Assembly: GCA_051294375.1 (NCBI GenBank)
Contig: CM119270.1
Coordinates: forward strand, 10,932,969-10,996,968
Length of the DNA: 64,000 bases
Reading direction: 5' to 3'
Origin: Paraspadella gotoi
Lineage: Eukaryota > Animalia > Chaetognatha
Below the pieces are notes generated by a model. The model saw only the letters and a list, made by a program, of their open reading frames with translations. It searched no databases and was not told where the DNA came from. A program made the position numbers and the translations under genes. Shown here in pieces: positions 40,601 to 53,589 of this stretch. Each line of letters starts with the position of its first letter. The stretch's first letter is position 1.

Positions 40601-43600
40601 NNNNNNNNNNNNNNNNNNNNNNNNNNNNNNNNNNNNNNNNNNNNNNNNNNNNNNNNNNNNNNNNNNNNNNNNNNNNNNNNNNNNNNNNNNNNNNNNNNNN
40701 NNNNNNNNNNNNNNNNNNNNNNNNNNNNNNNNNNNNNNNNNNNNNNNNNNNNNNNNNNNNNNNNNNNNNNNNNNNNNNNNNNNNNNNNNNNNNNNNNNNN
40801 NNNNNNNNNNNNNNNNNNNNNNNNNNNNNNNNNNNNNNNNNNNNNNNNNNNNNNNNNNNNNNNNNNNNNNNNNNNNNNNNNNNNNNNNNNNNNNNNNNNN
40901 NNNNNNNNNNNNNNNNNNNNNNNNNNNNNNNNNNNNNNNNNNNTCGACCCTCGAAACGACGCCGGCGCCAAAAGACGAAGGAGCCAAGCAACGCCGGATC
41001 TGCCAACCGAAAGTCGCATCGAGGAAAGAGGCGTTGTCGGCGTCGTCGTCGTCGTCTTCGGCGTTGATATTTGTGGTCGTCTTTGTGGCATCGTTGTGGT
41101 CGAACCCGCGGTCGCCGCGTTTCGATATCTCTAGTAGTTATGACTTGTCGTCAGCATCATCACTAATTAAATGTTGTGCTTTATTTCTAACCGAATTTGA
41201 TTCCATTCAATAGCCTAATTTGGCTCCATCAACTCTCGCAATAAGGCGAATAATCCTTTCTGCTTTTCTTTAAATGTGTACAACCGCAAGAGACAATTTG
41301 TTACCATAAATCGTTTTTATTCATCTCCATCATCTTCATCCCCATCATTCCCTTCTCCATCACCCTCATCATCGTCCTTTTCGTATTCTTCATCACGGCG
41401 CCATGATCTACGCCCCGACGCACTTCCGGTTGATGTCGCCTCTTCCTGTCGTTATCTTCCTCTTCCTTTTTCTCCTCTTTCTTTTCTCCCTTCCCTTTAT
41501 TCTCTTTTGTCTCCTCCTCCTCCTCCCCTTCCTTCGCCTCCTACTCCTCCTTCTCCTCCTCCTCCTCATCTAGTTTTTCTTAGTCTTTCCTTTTCTATAT
41601 TTTTTTTATTTGCCTTTTTATTTGTTCCTCCCACTCCTCCTCCCTCTCCTCCTCCTCATATTACTTTCCTTTTCCTCTTTCCTCTTCCTCCATTCGCTGC
41701 GACGGCGACGAACGCGCTCGAGATTTTTAAATTTTCAAAATGGCGACCGAGCGAAATTTAGATAAGAATGTAGAATCCATCATAATAATTTTGAATATTA
41801 TATGGTTATTATCCATTCTGTCCTTATACGTAAATATACGTAATTTTTATATTGGTGTTACCAATTTCATATAATTAATTAGACAATTTTAATAACGTAT
41901 ACGTATATTATGTAGATTACTGATTAGTACTAAATAACTTTCACTTCATTATATGAACAACTATCTTGAAAACTGACTTTGGGCAGACTATGACGAGATC
42001 GGGCATTTTTAACATACTTAACAAGATCAGTTAATATTATTAACTCTCCCTTTCCTTTTCCTAAATTTCTTCTCCAACTCGCATCTTCCTCCCCTTCCGT
42101 TCCTACCCAGCCTTCTCCTTCTGTTCCTCCCCAGCCTTCTCCTTCCCGCCGATGAACTTTAATAGAGGTTAAAAGTGGGAAAATTTGACGAGATTTTTTG
42201 TGGGAGGAAAATGATTAAAAAATGGGGCCGCGACGTTGGGGGGGGGGATAGAGTTTGGGAGGGAGAAGGGGAGAAAGACTTGTGGGATTGAGGCTGGATG
42301 GGTTCAGATCGAGCGAACGCGGTTTACTGATGGATCGTAAAACCCGGTGTCAAAATGAAGGAAGGAAATGTCGTCGTTTTTGTGGTGGGCGAGGTGGTTT
42401 ACCGTTTAGCGTTGGGTGGAAATGTTTTTGGTGGGAGACGTCGATTTATTATTGCCGCAGCTGTTTGTTTTTTTNNNNNNNNNNNNNNNNNNNNNNNNNN
42501 NNNNNNNNNNNNNNNNNNNNNNNNNNNNNNNNNNNNNNNNNNNNNNNNNNNNNNNNNNNNNNNNNNNNNNNNNNNNNNNNNNNNNNNNNNNNNNNNNNNN
42601 NNNNNNNNNNNNNNNNNNNNNNNNNNNNNNNNNNNNNNNNNNNNNNNNNNNNNNNNNNNNNNNNNNNNNNNNNNNNNNNNNNNAAAAAAAAGAGAGAGAG
42701 AAATCGAAGCCCCTTCGCTTCCTAAACAGATTCTCTTCAAATGGCGCCATTAAAAATAACGACGTCAACAATAACACCGGAAAAAAACAGAGATAATGAT
42801 ATCAATGGGAGGGTAACGATTACGCTGGTGCCGGAGTGAAGACGTGGGGGGAAGGGTGGAAAGGGTAATGGTGGTTTGGTGAGGGTGTGAGAAGGGANNN
42901 NNNNNNNNNNNNNNNNNNNNNNNNNNNNNNNNNNNNNNNNNNNNNNNNNNNNNNNNNNNNNNNNNNNNNNNNNNNNNNNNNNNNNNNNNNNNNNNNNNNN
43001 NNNNNNNNNNNNNNNNNNNNNNNNNNNNNNNNNNNNNNNNNNNNNNNNNNNNNNNNNNNNNNNNNNGAGAGAGAGAGAGAGATCATAAAAAGGGTCCCCT
43101 CGAGGATTCCGCAAATTGGTTTCTGCCTTTTCCGAGATTCCGTCTCGTCACTCGAGTTTGTAAACAATCGCTCGGTGCCATCTCTTTCGATTTTCGGGAG
43201 AGGAGGAGGAAGATTAGGAGGAGGAGGAGGTGGGGGAGGAGGTGCAGCAATATGTGCTGAAGGTGGAGGAAGAAAGTTAGGTAATGAGTAAAGGAGTTTT
43301 TTTTCGACGAGAGACTCGAACGTCACTCGCCGCGGTCATCAACATGTTGTCAATGTCTACGTTCGTCGAGAGACTCGGACGCAAACCGTCATTTTTTAGA
43401 GACCCTTGGCGTTGCAAGACGCGTCCTCAGCGCCGTTCGCGTCTTCTTCGCCGTGCCGATGCAGCGCCGACGTTTCGGCGCCGAACCAAAGGTTTCGGAG
43501 CCGGAAAAAGTCGATATAAACGTGGGCCGGCGGAGAATCGGGAGAAGGGGAAGTAGGGGCCGGCGGGTGGTTGGATGGGGGGGCGGGGGATGCCGGCCCG

Positions 43601-45170
43601 TCGCGGAATCCGCCCGAAAAATCGCGAAGACCGACAAAGATGCGCGAGACCGTAGAAGTCGGTTGCCGACGCCGCCGACGCCGCCGACGCCGCAGATGCT
43701 GGGGTCACCGAGGTGGAGAGACGGCTTATGGGAAGAATTAGGAGGGCAAACCGTTTTTGTGAGGGGGAGGAGAAGGAGGAGGAAAAAGAAGAGAGGAGAG
43801 CAGGAGAGAGAGAGAGAAGGAATAGGAGTGATAGAAAGGGGAACCAGATTTCTTTGGACAAAATCTGATCAGAAGAAGATGAAGTGGAGGAAACAGAGGA
43901 AGGGGATTAGAAGAAAAGAGAGAGGGAGGAAGAGGGAGTGGAGTAGGAAGAGGAGGAGGAGGAAAATAAGGGGGAGCAATGGGAGAAGGAGGAGCAAGAC
44001 AAGGACAAGAGAAGGATATCTTTGTGAATTAGTTCATGGTTATTATCAAATATCGATACCTTTGAGTGTAGTGCTTGAAAAAATAATCAAACAAAGATAN
44101 NNNNNNNNNNNNNNNNNNNNNNNNNNNNNNNNNNNNNNNNNNNNNNNNNNNNNNNNNNNNNNNNNNNNNNNNNNNNNNNNNNNNNNNNNNNNNNNNNNNN
44201 NNNNNNNNNNNNNNNNNNNNNNNNNNNNNNNNNNNNNNNNNNNNNNNNNNNNNNNNNNNNNNNNNNNNNNNNNNNNNNNNNNNNNNNNNNNNNNNNNNNN
44301 NNNNNNNNNNNNNNNNNNNNNNNNNNNNNNNNNNNNNNNNNNNNNNNNNNNNNNNNNNNNNNNNNNNNNNNNNNNNNNNNNNNNNNNNNNNNNNNNNNNN
44401 NNNNNNNNNNNNNNNNNNNNNNNNNNNNNNNNNNNNNNNNNNNNNNNNNNNNNNNNNNNNNNNNNNNNNGGATAGGACAAATTGGCTTTTTGGTTTATTG
44501 AAGTTATATTTTTTTTGTTCATAAACCCTCAGCCGATAGAATTTCCCCTGCCTCATTCAGTTGAATTATATTCTATTCTATTCTATTCTATTCTATTCTA
44601 TTCTNNNNNNNNNNNNNNNNNNNNNNNNNNNNNNNNNNNNNNNNNNNNNNNNNNNNNNNNNNNNNNNNNNNNNNNNNNNNNNNNNNNNNNNNNNNNNNNN
44701 NNNNNNNNNNNNNNNNNNNNNNNNNNNNNNNNNNNNNNNNNNNNNNNNNNNNNNNNNNNNNNNNNNNNNNNNNNNNNNNNNNNNNNNNNNNNNNNNNNNN
44801 NNNNNNNNNNNNNNNNNNNNNNNNNNNNNNNNNNNNNNNNGACCCCAAGAAAAAAAAAAGACAGGAGGGAATCGAATCGTGACGGAAGTTTTTCTTTCTT
44901 TCGCGCCGACAGGATTACGCCACAAAACTATTCTTGACATTGAATATCGAATAAATAAATAAATAAAAACTATAATAAAAGATAACTGCACTAATTTGAA
45001 TGGACTTTGAATCACAAATTTTTTTCACTCAATAATCTTTTTTTTAAATTTTTTTCTCTCCTCCCTGCCCTATTCCCTTACATCATCCCCGCCACCCTCT
45101 TTTCCTACAACTCTACAATTCAATATCTCCCCATCACTCCCCATCACTCCATCAAAATGAAAACTCCCAG

Positions 45171-45353
45171 AACGAGAAGAACGAGGTGAAGCAGAAATGG
45201 GCGTCTCGTCTGCTGGGGAAACTTCGGAAGGACATCTCGCAAGAATGTCGAGAGGATTTCGTTCTCAACATCACCGGGAAGAAGCCCGCCGCCTGCGTCC
45301 TCTCCAACCCCGACCAAAAGGGCAAGATGAGGAGGATAGACTGTCTCAGACAG
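45171..45353 (+). CDS. NFI: Nuclear factor I, DNA-binding domain exon B (phase 0-0)
   Basis: Acceptor ...actcccAG| 45169-70, donor CAG|GTGAGA at 45354. Encodes [61 protein letters not shown], in frame with exon A. Confidence 0.98.
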
Positions 45354-46009
45354 GTGAGAGTTAGTGATAGTGATAGTGATAGTGACAAAAAAAGTTAAAA
45401 ATTTGAATCTGAGCCATTGGAAAGGAATAAACTGTGAAGTCTGATTGAACTCTGACCGCTAAACTGTAAACTGTAAACTTAGAGAAAAGAGAAGTTTTCT
45501 ATCGACGAAAAAGATCAAACTGGAAGGTTCACAAGTTTGTTTTGGGAAGTGAGAAATTCCATCAGGGTTAAAAAACAAAGACGATGACGATGATGACGAT
45601 TACGAAGAAACGGAACTTCAGCTTTTTTCTTTGCTATTATTCATTTATTTTTGTTATTGTCGAAATTGTCGAAATTTCAAATTTTGAGTCTGAAAAAAAA
45701 TGTAGGTTGTTTTGTCGACAGAAGAAAGAATCCTTCATAATCGTAGCTTTGTTTGTCGTCACCTACGTCGTTTTATACTTATTTATATTTACATGAATCG
45801 AACTAAAAAACAACTACGACGACGACCACAACAACAACACCTGGGAATATGTATCCGTTTCGACTTTTTCGAATCTCCGGAATTCCGAGCGTCGACCGCA
45901 AATCCTCGCCATTCTCAACTCTTTTCTTTCTCTTTCTTTTTTTTTCTTTTTTTCAACTTATTCAGATTTTTTTAATTCTCCTTCTTTCATTTTTTTTTAG
46001 TTTTTGTTT

Positions 46010-47460
46010 TCCCTCAACTAATCAACCTCCTTCTCCATCCTCAACTAATTCAACCTCCTCCTGCATCCAACTAATTAATCCCGCCTCCTCATCTCAACTA
46101 ATTCAATCTCCTCCACTCTTCTCCTCATCTAACTATATTCAACCGGCCCCTCTCAATCTCAACTAATATCAACCTCTCCTCATCTCAACTAATTCAACCG
46201 CTATCCTCATCCTCATACTAATTTAACGTCCTCCTCATCCACTAATTCAACCTCCTCCTCCTCACTCACGCAAAATAATCACTTCACCTCACGGACTCGC
46301 CTCACCACGTTCACTCTCTCCCGCCGGGAGAGAGAGTCTCGGCGAATGCTGCTGAGGTGCAGACCCCGCAAATTCTCGCCCTTATCGACCAATTCCGGGT
46401 TTGAAAAGAAAAGGAGGGAGGCTGGAAAGAAAAGGAAGGACACAAATGGAAAGTAACAAGGTCACACGAAAATAGACGAGAGAGAGAGAGAGAGAGAGCA
46501 GAAGAGGAGAGAGAGAGACACTTATACATGCGTTTTTAAAAGTGGGGAGGAGGAATATCAATAATATGAATAAAAAATGATAAATTTTATAATAAAAATC
46601 TAAACAAAAAAAACAAAAAGAAAATATATCACAAAATATGAAAACAAACCAGAAAAAACTTGANNNNNNNNNNNNNNNNNNNNNNNNNCTAATTCAACAT
46701 CCCTCCTGATCTCATTAACTAATTCAACCTTCCTGCATCAACTAATTCATCCTCGCTCCTCATCTCAATAATTCAACTCCTCATCTCGTCTATCTAATTA
46801 TATTCATCCCCCCTCTCATCTCAAACTAATTCAACCGCTCCTCTTCAACTATTCAAACGCTATCCTCATTACATAATATCAAGGTCCTACTCATTCACTA
46901 ATCTCAACGCTCCTTCATCTCAAACTAATTCAACGTCTCCATCTCTTCACTAATTCAACCTAGCTATCTCAACTATTCAAACCTCCCTCATTCATATTTC
47001 AACGGTCTTCATTCACTTCACTTCTATTGAAAACTAATTAAAACTCTTCATCTCAATTATTCAAGCTCCTATCTAAACTAATTACGTCTTCACTCAACTA
47101 ATCTCAACCTTGCATCCATTCAATAATTTACCTCCTTCTCATCTCATAATCACTCTATACATCTTCAATATTCACCCTCTTCTCATCTCAAAAATTTCAA
47201 CGTTTCTCATTAACTATCACTCACGCTTTCAATATTCAATTCCTACAAATTCACCTCTTCTCATTAACTATTCACATACTCATCATCTAATAATTCCATC
47301 CGGGCTCCCATTCAACTATCAACTCTTCTCATGCTCAAATAATCCCCTATCTCATAATTAAAACGTCTCATTAAATAATTAACTCTTCATTCCAATATAT
47401 TAACCGCATCCTCCAATAAACTAATCAATTTCATCTTAATTAACTAATTCCAGCTCCTCA
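46010..47460. repeat. ~23-bp minisatellite (CCTCCTCATCTCAACTAATTCAA-like) in NFI intron, interrupted at ~46270-46688
   Basis: Repeated TCATCTCAACTAATTCAACC units that become increasingly noisy. A few inverted units lie at 47595-47670. Confidence 0.8.
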
Positions 47461-48104
47461 TTCACAATTTAAGACGGTCTTAAGTCCACATTAACTTCTA
47501 TCACTAACAAATAATATTATCGGGTCGTTACCGTTACCGGAGGGAAGTGGGATGCGCTGAGTAGCGAATTGCTTATTACGACAATTCGGTGAAAAGGAGG
47601 AGGGTGAGAAGTTGAGATGAGGGGGGAGTTGAATTAGTTGAGATGAGGAGGAATTAGGTGAGATGAGATTAATGGTCAAAGTGGAAGGTAAGTTTGTTTA
47701 AAACATTGACAATAGTTTAGTAGTCATTTTGGTACAATTTTCCCTCAGGTTCAATAGAAGTTCAGTTAAGGGCACAAGGCTCAGATTCAGATTCCTAAAA
47801 CCGCGGAGATTAGAGACGGATCCTTCCCCCAGCATTTTCTTTCCTTATCTTATGTTATTCAAAAGGACGGTTGGAAAGATCTTGTCGGTGATCGGGCGAA
47901 AAAGGAGAATGAGGAAAGGTTGGAAGAAAAAGGTGGATAAGAATAAAGAAACGGAAAAGAGCTGGAAATTGATTCCTTTTTTTCTTTCCCTTTTCTCATT
48001 TTTCATTTTTTTATAATTCTTTCTCCTTCTCGTTCAACATCATAACTCAATTCTTTCATCATTCTTTCGCAATCTTATTATTCAACATTTTTGGCCTTAT
48101 TGAG

Positions 48105-48382
48105 GTAATATGGTAACAGCCGGGTTGCCTGTGATGCCCATTGGGATGGGGCATCTAACTGTTGGCTTTGGGGGCTTCCGACCCTCAGTGACGCCTCCAG
48201 TTACTGGCGCGGTTACCCTAGGACGGTCTCGCTTTGCCAACACAGAGGGAAGTCGTTAGGACTGGGGATGAAACACTACGCCTGGGATGGTGTGTTCCCC
48301 CTCTGAGCCAATGGATTCGGCTGAAGGATTGTTGACGTGAGGCGGTATGAATAAATTGAATATACCGCCACAGTAACGTTTA
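48105..48382 (-). mobile_element. Structured interspersed repeat, copy 1 (non-LTR retroelement 5' UTR or SINE-like), in NFI intron
   Basis: The reverse complement aligns by eye to 63490-63761 (ACTGTGGC...GCCTCAC; GCCAGTRACWGGAGGCG-TCACTGAGGGTC; AGATRCCCC...GGGYATCACAGGC; GTTRCCATA). Confidence 0.6.
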
Positions 48383-48540
48383 AAAGAGAGAGAGAAAGAG
48401 GCGAGGCTTAATAATTTCCTCAATAATTCTTATCCCATTTCTCTTATTTATTACTTTTACTTTTTTATCATTCTTCTGATTTCGCAATTTCATCATTTTA
48501 TCAATATTTAATCTTCATTCCCTTTCCATTCCTTCCTCAG

Positions 48541-48733
48541 GCGGACAAAGTCTGGCGCCTGGATCTCGTCATGGTCATCCTCTTCAAAGCCATTCCCTTG
48601 GAATCCACGGACGGCGAGCGACTTGAGAAGTCGCCCGACTGTCTCCACCCGACCCTCTGCGTCAACCCCAACCACATCAGCGTCACCGTCAGAGAACTCG
48701 ACCTTTATCTTGCCAACTTCATTCACTCCTACG
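48541..48733 (+). CDS. NFI: Nuclear factor I, DNA-binding domain exon C (phase 0-1)
   Basis: Long polypyrimidine tract ...ccttcctcAG| 48539-40, donor G|GTGAGT at 48734. Encodes [64 protein letters not shown] plus 1 nt, in frame with exon B. Confidence 0.98.
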
Positions 48734-49052
48734 GTGAGTCATTGAAAACTATGTTCACTCATTCACCCATCTTATTAAGCCAAACGATTTTAGGCTAACT
48801 TAATGTCAAAAGTTGATAATATTATTTTTTAATTCCACGTATGTTCTCACATTATCGCTCATCCATTGTCTCAGAGTCATGGTATTGGCTTTTATATGTG
48901 GCTTCCCAAGTTTTATTGTCTTTTTCGTTTTCACCAATGGTCATCTCAAAAATTGTGTGCTTCCTAATTTGTAATTTCAATGAGCTGGAAAAAAATTGTT
49001 TTTCCATCGGAAATTTTCGAGCCGATTTTAACAAGTGCAAAGCTGGACTTCC

Positions 49053-49091
<39 letters not shown>

Positions 49092-49193
49092 CTCTTCTCC
49101 GACTCCCACCTGTCGTCCGTCGCTGAAACGTGTTTATTGTAATTAAAATTTGGCGTGTAACGTGATATAATTTTATGTCTTGGTTTTTCAAAG

Positions 49194-49243
49194 GACCGTC
49201 GGACTCGGGGACGTCACTTGAGCAGACGGAAGTCAGCGTTTTC
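49194..49243 (+). CDS. Possible next NFI exon running into an N gap
   Basis: Pyrimidine-rich ...ggtttttcaaAG| acceptor. A phase-1 join with exon C stays open (G-PSDSGTSLEQTEVSVF) up to the gap at 49244. No recognisable homology. Confidence 0.2.
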
Positions 49244-49354
49244 NNNNNNNNNNNNNNNNNNNNNNNNNNNNNNNNNNNNNNNNNNNNNNNNNNNNNNNNN
49301 NNNNNNNNNNNNNNNNNNNNNNNNNNNNNNNNNNNNNNNNNNNNNNNNNNNNNN

Positions 49355-49390
<36 letters not shown>

Positions 49391-50829
49391 GAGGTGAAAA
49401 GGTGGAAAGGTGTGAGAGAAATCAAACAAACATTTCATTTTTAAAATTCCGAACTGTTTTTTTTGTTTTTTTCAGTTGGAAAGCGTCACAGCTGGAATAT
49501 GATTTAATGAAGCGAGAACAGTTTCAATACGTAAAACTATCTTTACTGATAAACCATTAATACGATTAAAATTGTTGGTTCTTCCGTTTAAATCATATAA
49601 CTCGGGGATGCTTTGTACAAAATAATATCATTTCTGCAGGTACTACTTTTTTGTTGCATCAATAAATTTACAAAAATCATTTAGATATTAACTTTTGATC
49701 TTTTACCTCAGCATTTTCGCGATGCCTTACTGTCTATATGCAAATCTGTCTCTCCAAATATGTGCCTTCTCTGACATTTGCGTGTTTGTGGAAAGTTAAA
49801 AAAAATCTCTCTTGCTCTCCTGCGCACATTCTCTATCTCTATCCTCGTGTCTCTGTCTCCCTGTCTTTATCTTTGAGCGGAAATCAAAGCCTTTTCACCA
49901 TTCGACCAAATAAAGTATTCGTCCACTGAATAAAGCATTTATTCGTTAACACTTAACAGTAAGATGAATTAAGCCTTCATCGTTTCTGAAATTTTCTTGC
50001 TTTATTCAAATGAATTCAATCATTTCAGACTTTTTAAAGATTTTTTTCTTGTTCTGTTTATATTTCAAATTTTCTTTATTGATGTCCTCTACATTTTTTT
50101 CAATTACTTTTTGCTCGCTAACGTGTGATTATGACTCATAATTTTTTTTTCGTTTAAAGTTTAGAAACAAATTTCATTTATTCTATTTTATATAAAATTT
50201 CTTGTAACGTAATAATGCATCAGTACCTACTGATTGACCGACCACTCTTTTAGCAATTGTTTTTATACAAGTTTCAGCAAACAATACTGGATCTGCCCAC
50301 GATCATTAGCGGTAATTAATTAATTAGTTAAAATATTAATTGGTCATTTAATTACACATTAATTAATTTGAAAAATAATTGTTTGCACAAACTTGTTTGT
50401 CTTTAGGGTTTTTTGTCAAGTCACAAACCACGTCAAAAACAACAAACGATGATTAATTGAATGATTGATTGCCTAATTGATTAATTAATTTATTAAATAA
50501 TTCTTTTATTGACGGATAAATCAATTGATTGGTTAATTGATTAATTTATTAATAAGTTTATTGATTGAATAATTGATTAATTGATTGATTAATTAATTTA
50601 TTAATTGAATAAAAAGTGCTGCTTGCATTTACACTTGATATAAAAAGAAAAAAAATCCTAATAAAAAAAACCAAGTTTTTTTTTGTTTTTCCATTGAAAC
50701 TCATTTCCACTCGGACGAATCCAATGAAACCTGATTTCCTGTTTATTAACACACTTCTCTACACACATATAAATATTTAATTCAGTCGCCCCATACATTC
50801 ATGAGTAATATGCGTTCAAAGCTAAGAGG

Positions 50830-50992
50830 GGACGGACGGACGGACAGACGTCATTTTTTTGCATAATTTATCATAATTCGATGTTCTGAGATAATATAAA
50901 TGATTTACCGACAAGATTAGGAGGGGCGACCGACAGACCGACAAAGTGAATTATAGAGCCGGAATCTGCTGATAAGCAGATCCGGTTAAAAA
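50830..50992 (-). mobile_element. DINE-1/HINE-like (Helentron-associated) non-autonomous remnant
   Basis: Minus strand: TTTTTAA, hairpin CCGGATCTGCT-tatc-AGCAGATtCCGG, then CTCTATAATTCACTTTGTCGGTCTGTCGGT and a (CCGT)n microsatellite. This matches the family architecture of T-rich end, subterminal hairpin and tetranucleotide repeat. Confidence 0.45.
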
Positions 50993-51703
50993 TGACTCCG
51001 ATAAAAGGGGAACAACCGGGATTCGTACTCAGGATCCGACAAGGGCCGAAAAACCTAAGAAAGGGCGATTTCTCTGATTTCTCGGTTCCGGATTTGGATT
51101 GGGAAATTCTCGAGCGACCGCGAATGATCACGTGACCCACAAATCTCGTTAAGAATGAATCGAGAGTCGAATGAGTCAACGACGAACTGAGCTGTGATAA
51201 TCTTGACGAGTGACAATCACCTTTTAAGTATTTAATGAGTGAAGATCATAAGTGAAGTGATGTTATAATTTTTTTTAATTCAATAAAAATTACACATCTT
51301 GGCTCGAAATTAGTCGTCATTAAAGAGTATAGAGTATCAAACATCTCATTTAATTTTATCTTCACTATTACCCTACATTTGAATCAAGTTTTCTTTTAAA
51401 TATCAAAAAGCGAAAAAATCGTACGTGAACGAATCGGTTGACGAATAAATCACTGGTCATTTAATGTGATAAGGGAGTCGGAAATTTTAGAAAATCTAAT
51501 TAGGACCAGAAATCTAATCGATTGAACGCGTACGAGGCGAGAAGGCAATCAAACATGCCAGTTATTAAGCATGACGGGGATCAATCAGTGCGACTGTTTC
51601 AATGTTAATTTGTACAAATTGGGAATTTTTTTTTATTTTTAAAAAAAGTGTTTCCTTTCTCAATATCTATCCGTCTGCATTGCTGTTTCTGTTTCTCTCT
51701 CTC

Positions 51704-51776
<73 letters not shown>

Positions 51777-52336
51777 ACCGAGAAAAGACCCCTCTAACTT
51801 TTTGCTTCCAACCAACCTTCCGAATCTCGAGGTCGCGAACTTCGTGACTTCAAAAATTTTTATTAGTTTTCCTTCGCTTAAATTTAAAATATACTTTTTT
51901 CGTTGTTGTCGTCGTCGTCGTCGTCGTCGCCCGAGCTTGTTTCAACGATTCACATTTTAGTCCTACTCGTAAACAACAAAATTGTTTTTCCTTCCTCTTC
52001 CGTCAAAGGCGGTCTTGTAGTAAGTTGAGAAATATCATCGATGGTCGGCCGACCGTTGCTCATCTTCTTTCGCCCAAACTTTTGTTTTCAGACTAAAAAA
52101 AATCTTCTGATCTCTCTCTCTCTTCTCTCTATCTCTCCTTCTCTCTCCCTTACCAGAAGTTAGACAGCCGAAAACGTTTCGAGACTCTCTTCCTCTCTCC
52201 TCGCATTAGTCTTCTGTACTCACGTAGAGAGGTGCACTCTCGTAGAATCCTCGGGGGGCTTGAGAGGTTGCATACGAGAGCACCTCGAGCGGTCTCGCCC
52301 CGCCGCCACCTCCCGGGAGTATACTGCAAGTACTAT

Positions 52337-52384
<48 letters not shown>

Positions 52385-52399
52385 CTCTCTGTCTTTCTT

Positions 52400-53542
52400 C
52401 CCTCTCTTATCTACTCTGTTCTTCTTTCCTAACTCAGAAACAAAAATACGGNNNNNNNNNNNNNNNNNNNNNNNNNGAGAGAGAGGAAGAGAGAGAGAGA
52501 GAGGGCCACAGAGTCATCCTTTTTTTTTTCTTTCTTTTTACCTACCGAACTCTTACGAAGTCGCGTTCACACATGTGGATCTGGTCCTTGGAGTTTCGAG
52601 CACGTCCTCTCTCTTTCCTCTTCCTCCTCTGACATTAAATCTAAGCCCAGAATTCTCCAAACTGATTGACTTCTTTCTTATGTGCATTAGTCTACCTGAT
52701 CGAGCGGAGAGAAGAGAGAGAGACAGAGAGACCGACGGCATTATCACGACCGATGTAGACGAGAGAGGAGGAGGAGAGGACGAGAGTATGCGTAGTATGA
52801 GAGTCATATCGACTCTTGTTTTGTTATTTTCCTTAATTAATTCTGACTTTCTTGTTTATATTTCTTCAGTGCGTACTCTGTCGTCTCGCCTGCTCGATCT
52901 CGACGCCGCGACTGAAAAGTTTTTTCTTTTGCGAATTTTCAATGTGGCTGAATCGCAAGCTTGGATGGAAAGAAAGAAGGGATAAAATTGCAAGTGGGAA
53001 GAAAGAAAGAAAGACGCAATTGATAGTAGCGTAAGGGTAATGGTATTGTAGGTGAAGAAGGTACATAATAAGCAAAAGAACATAGAATTTAAGATAAAAT
53101 CATTGGCAAAAAAGAGTTATGTAATGGGAAAATTCAAGTTTTTATTTTTATAAGTAATTCTGAAAGAAAATAAGTGAATCAGGGAATGAGGAGAAAGAAC
53201 AAAAGAATATCAAAATTATTTTTCACAAGCATTTGTGCAGAAAACAGAAGCTAAATGCAACAAAGAATATTTACAGATTATTCAAAAATTGGAAGAAGAA
53301 AAAAGAAAAAGAAATACAGACAAACCGGCAACGAAAGAAACAACAGAAAACAAGAAAAAAAAAGAAAGAAAATCTGGCTCGACTTCCTGAAGACATTCCT
53401 TCTTTTTTCTTCGTTCTTGAAGATTTCTAATGATTGATATACGTGCTTCCGCTGCCTCTTTTTCTTTCACATCTCGTCTTCTCTCTCTCTCTATCTTCTT
53501 TCTCTCTCTCTCTCTCTCTCTCTTCTTCTCTCGCTCTTCTCT

Positions 53543-53589
<47 letters not shown>

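Noticed and set aside
46290-46360. HDV/CPEB3-like ribozyme suggested by GGCGAATGCTGCTG
   Set aside because: No matching P1, P2 or P1.1 pairings. The hairpins are explained by TC/GA repeats in a noisy patch.
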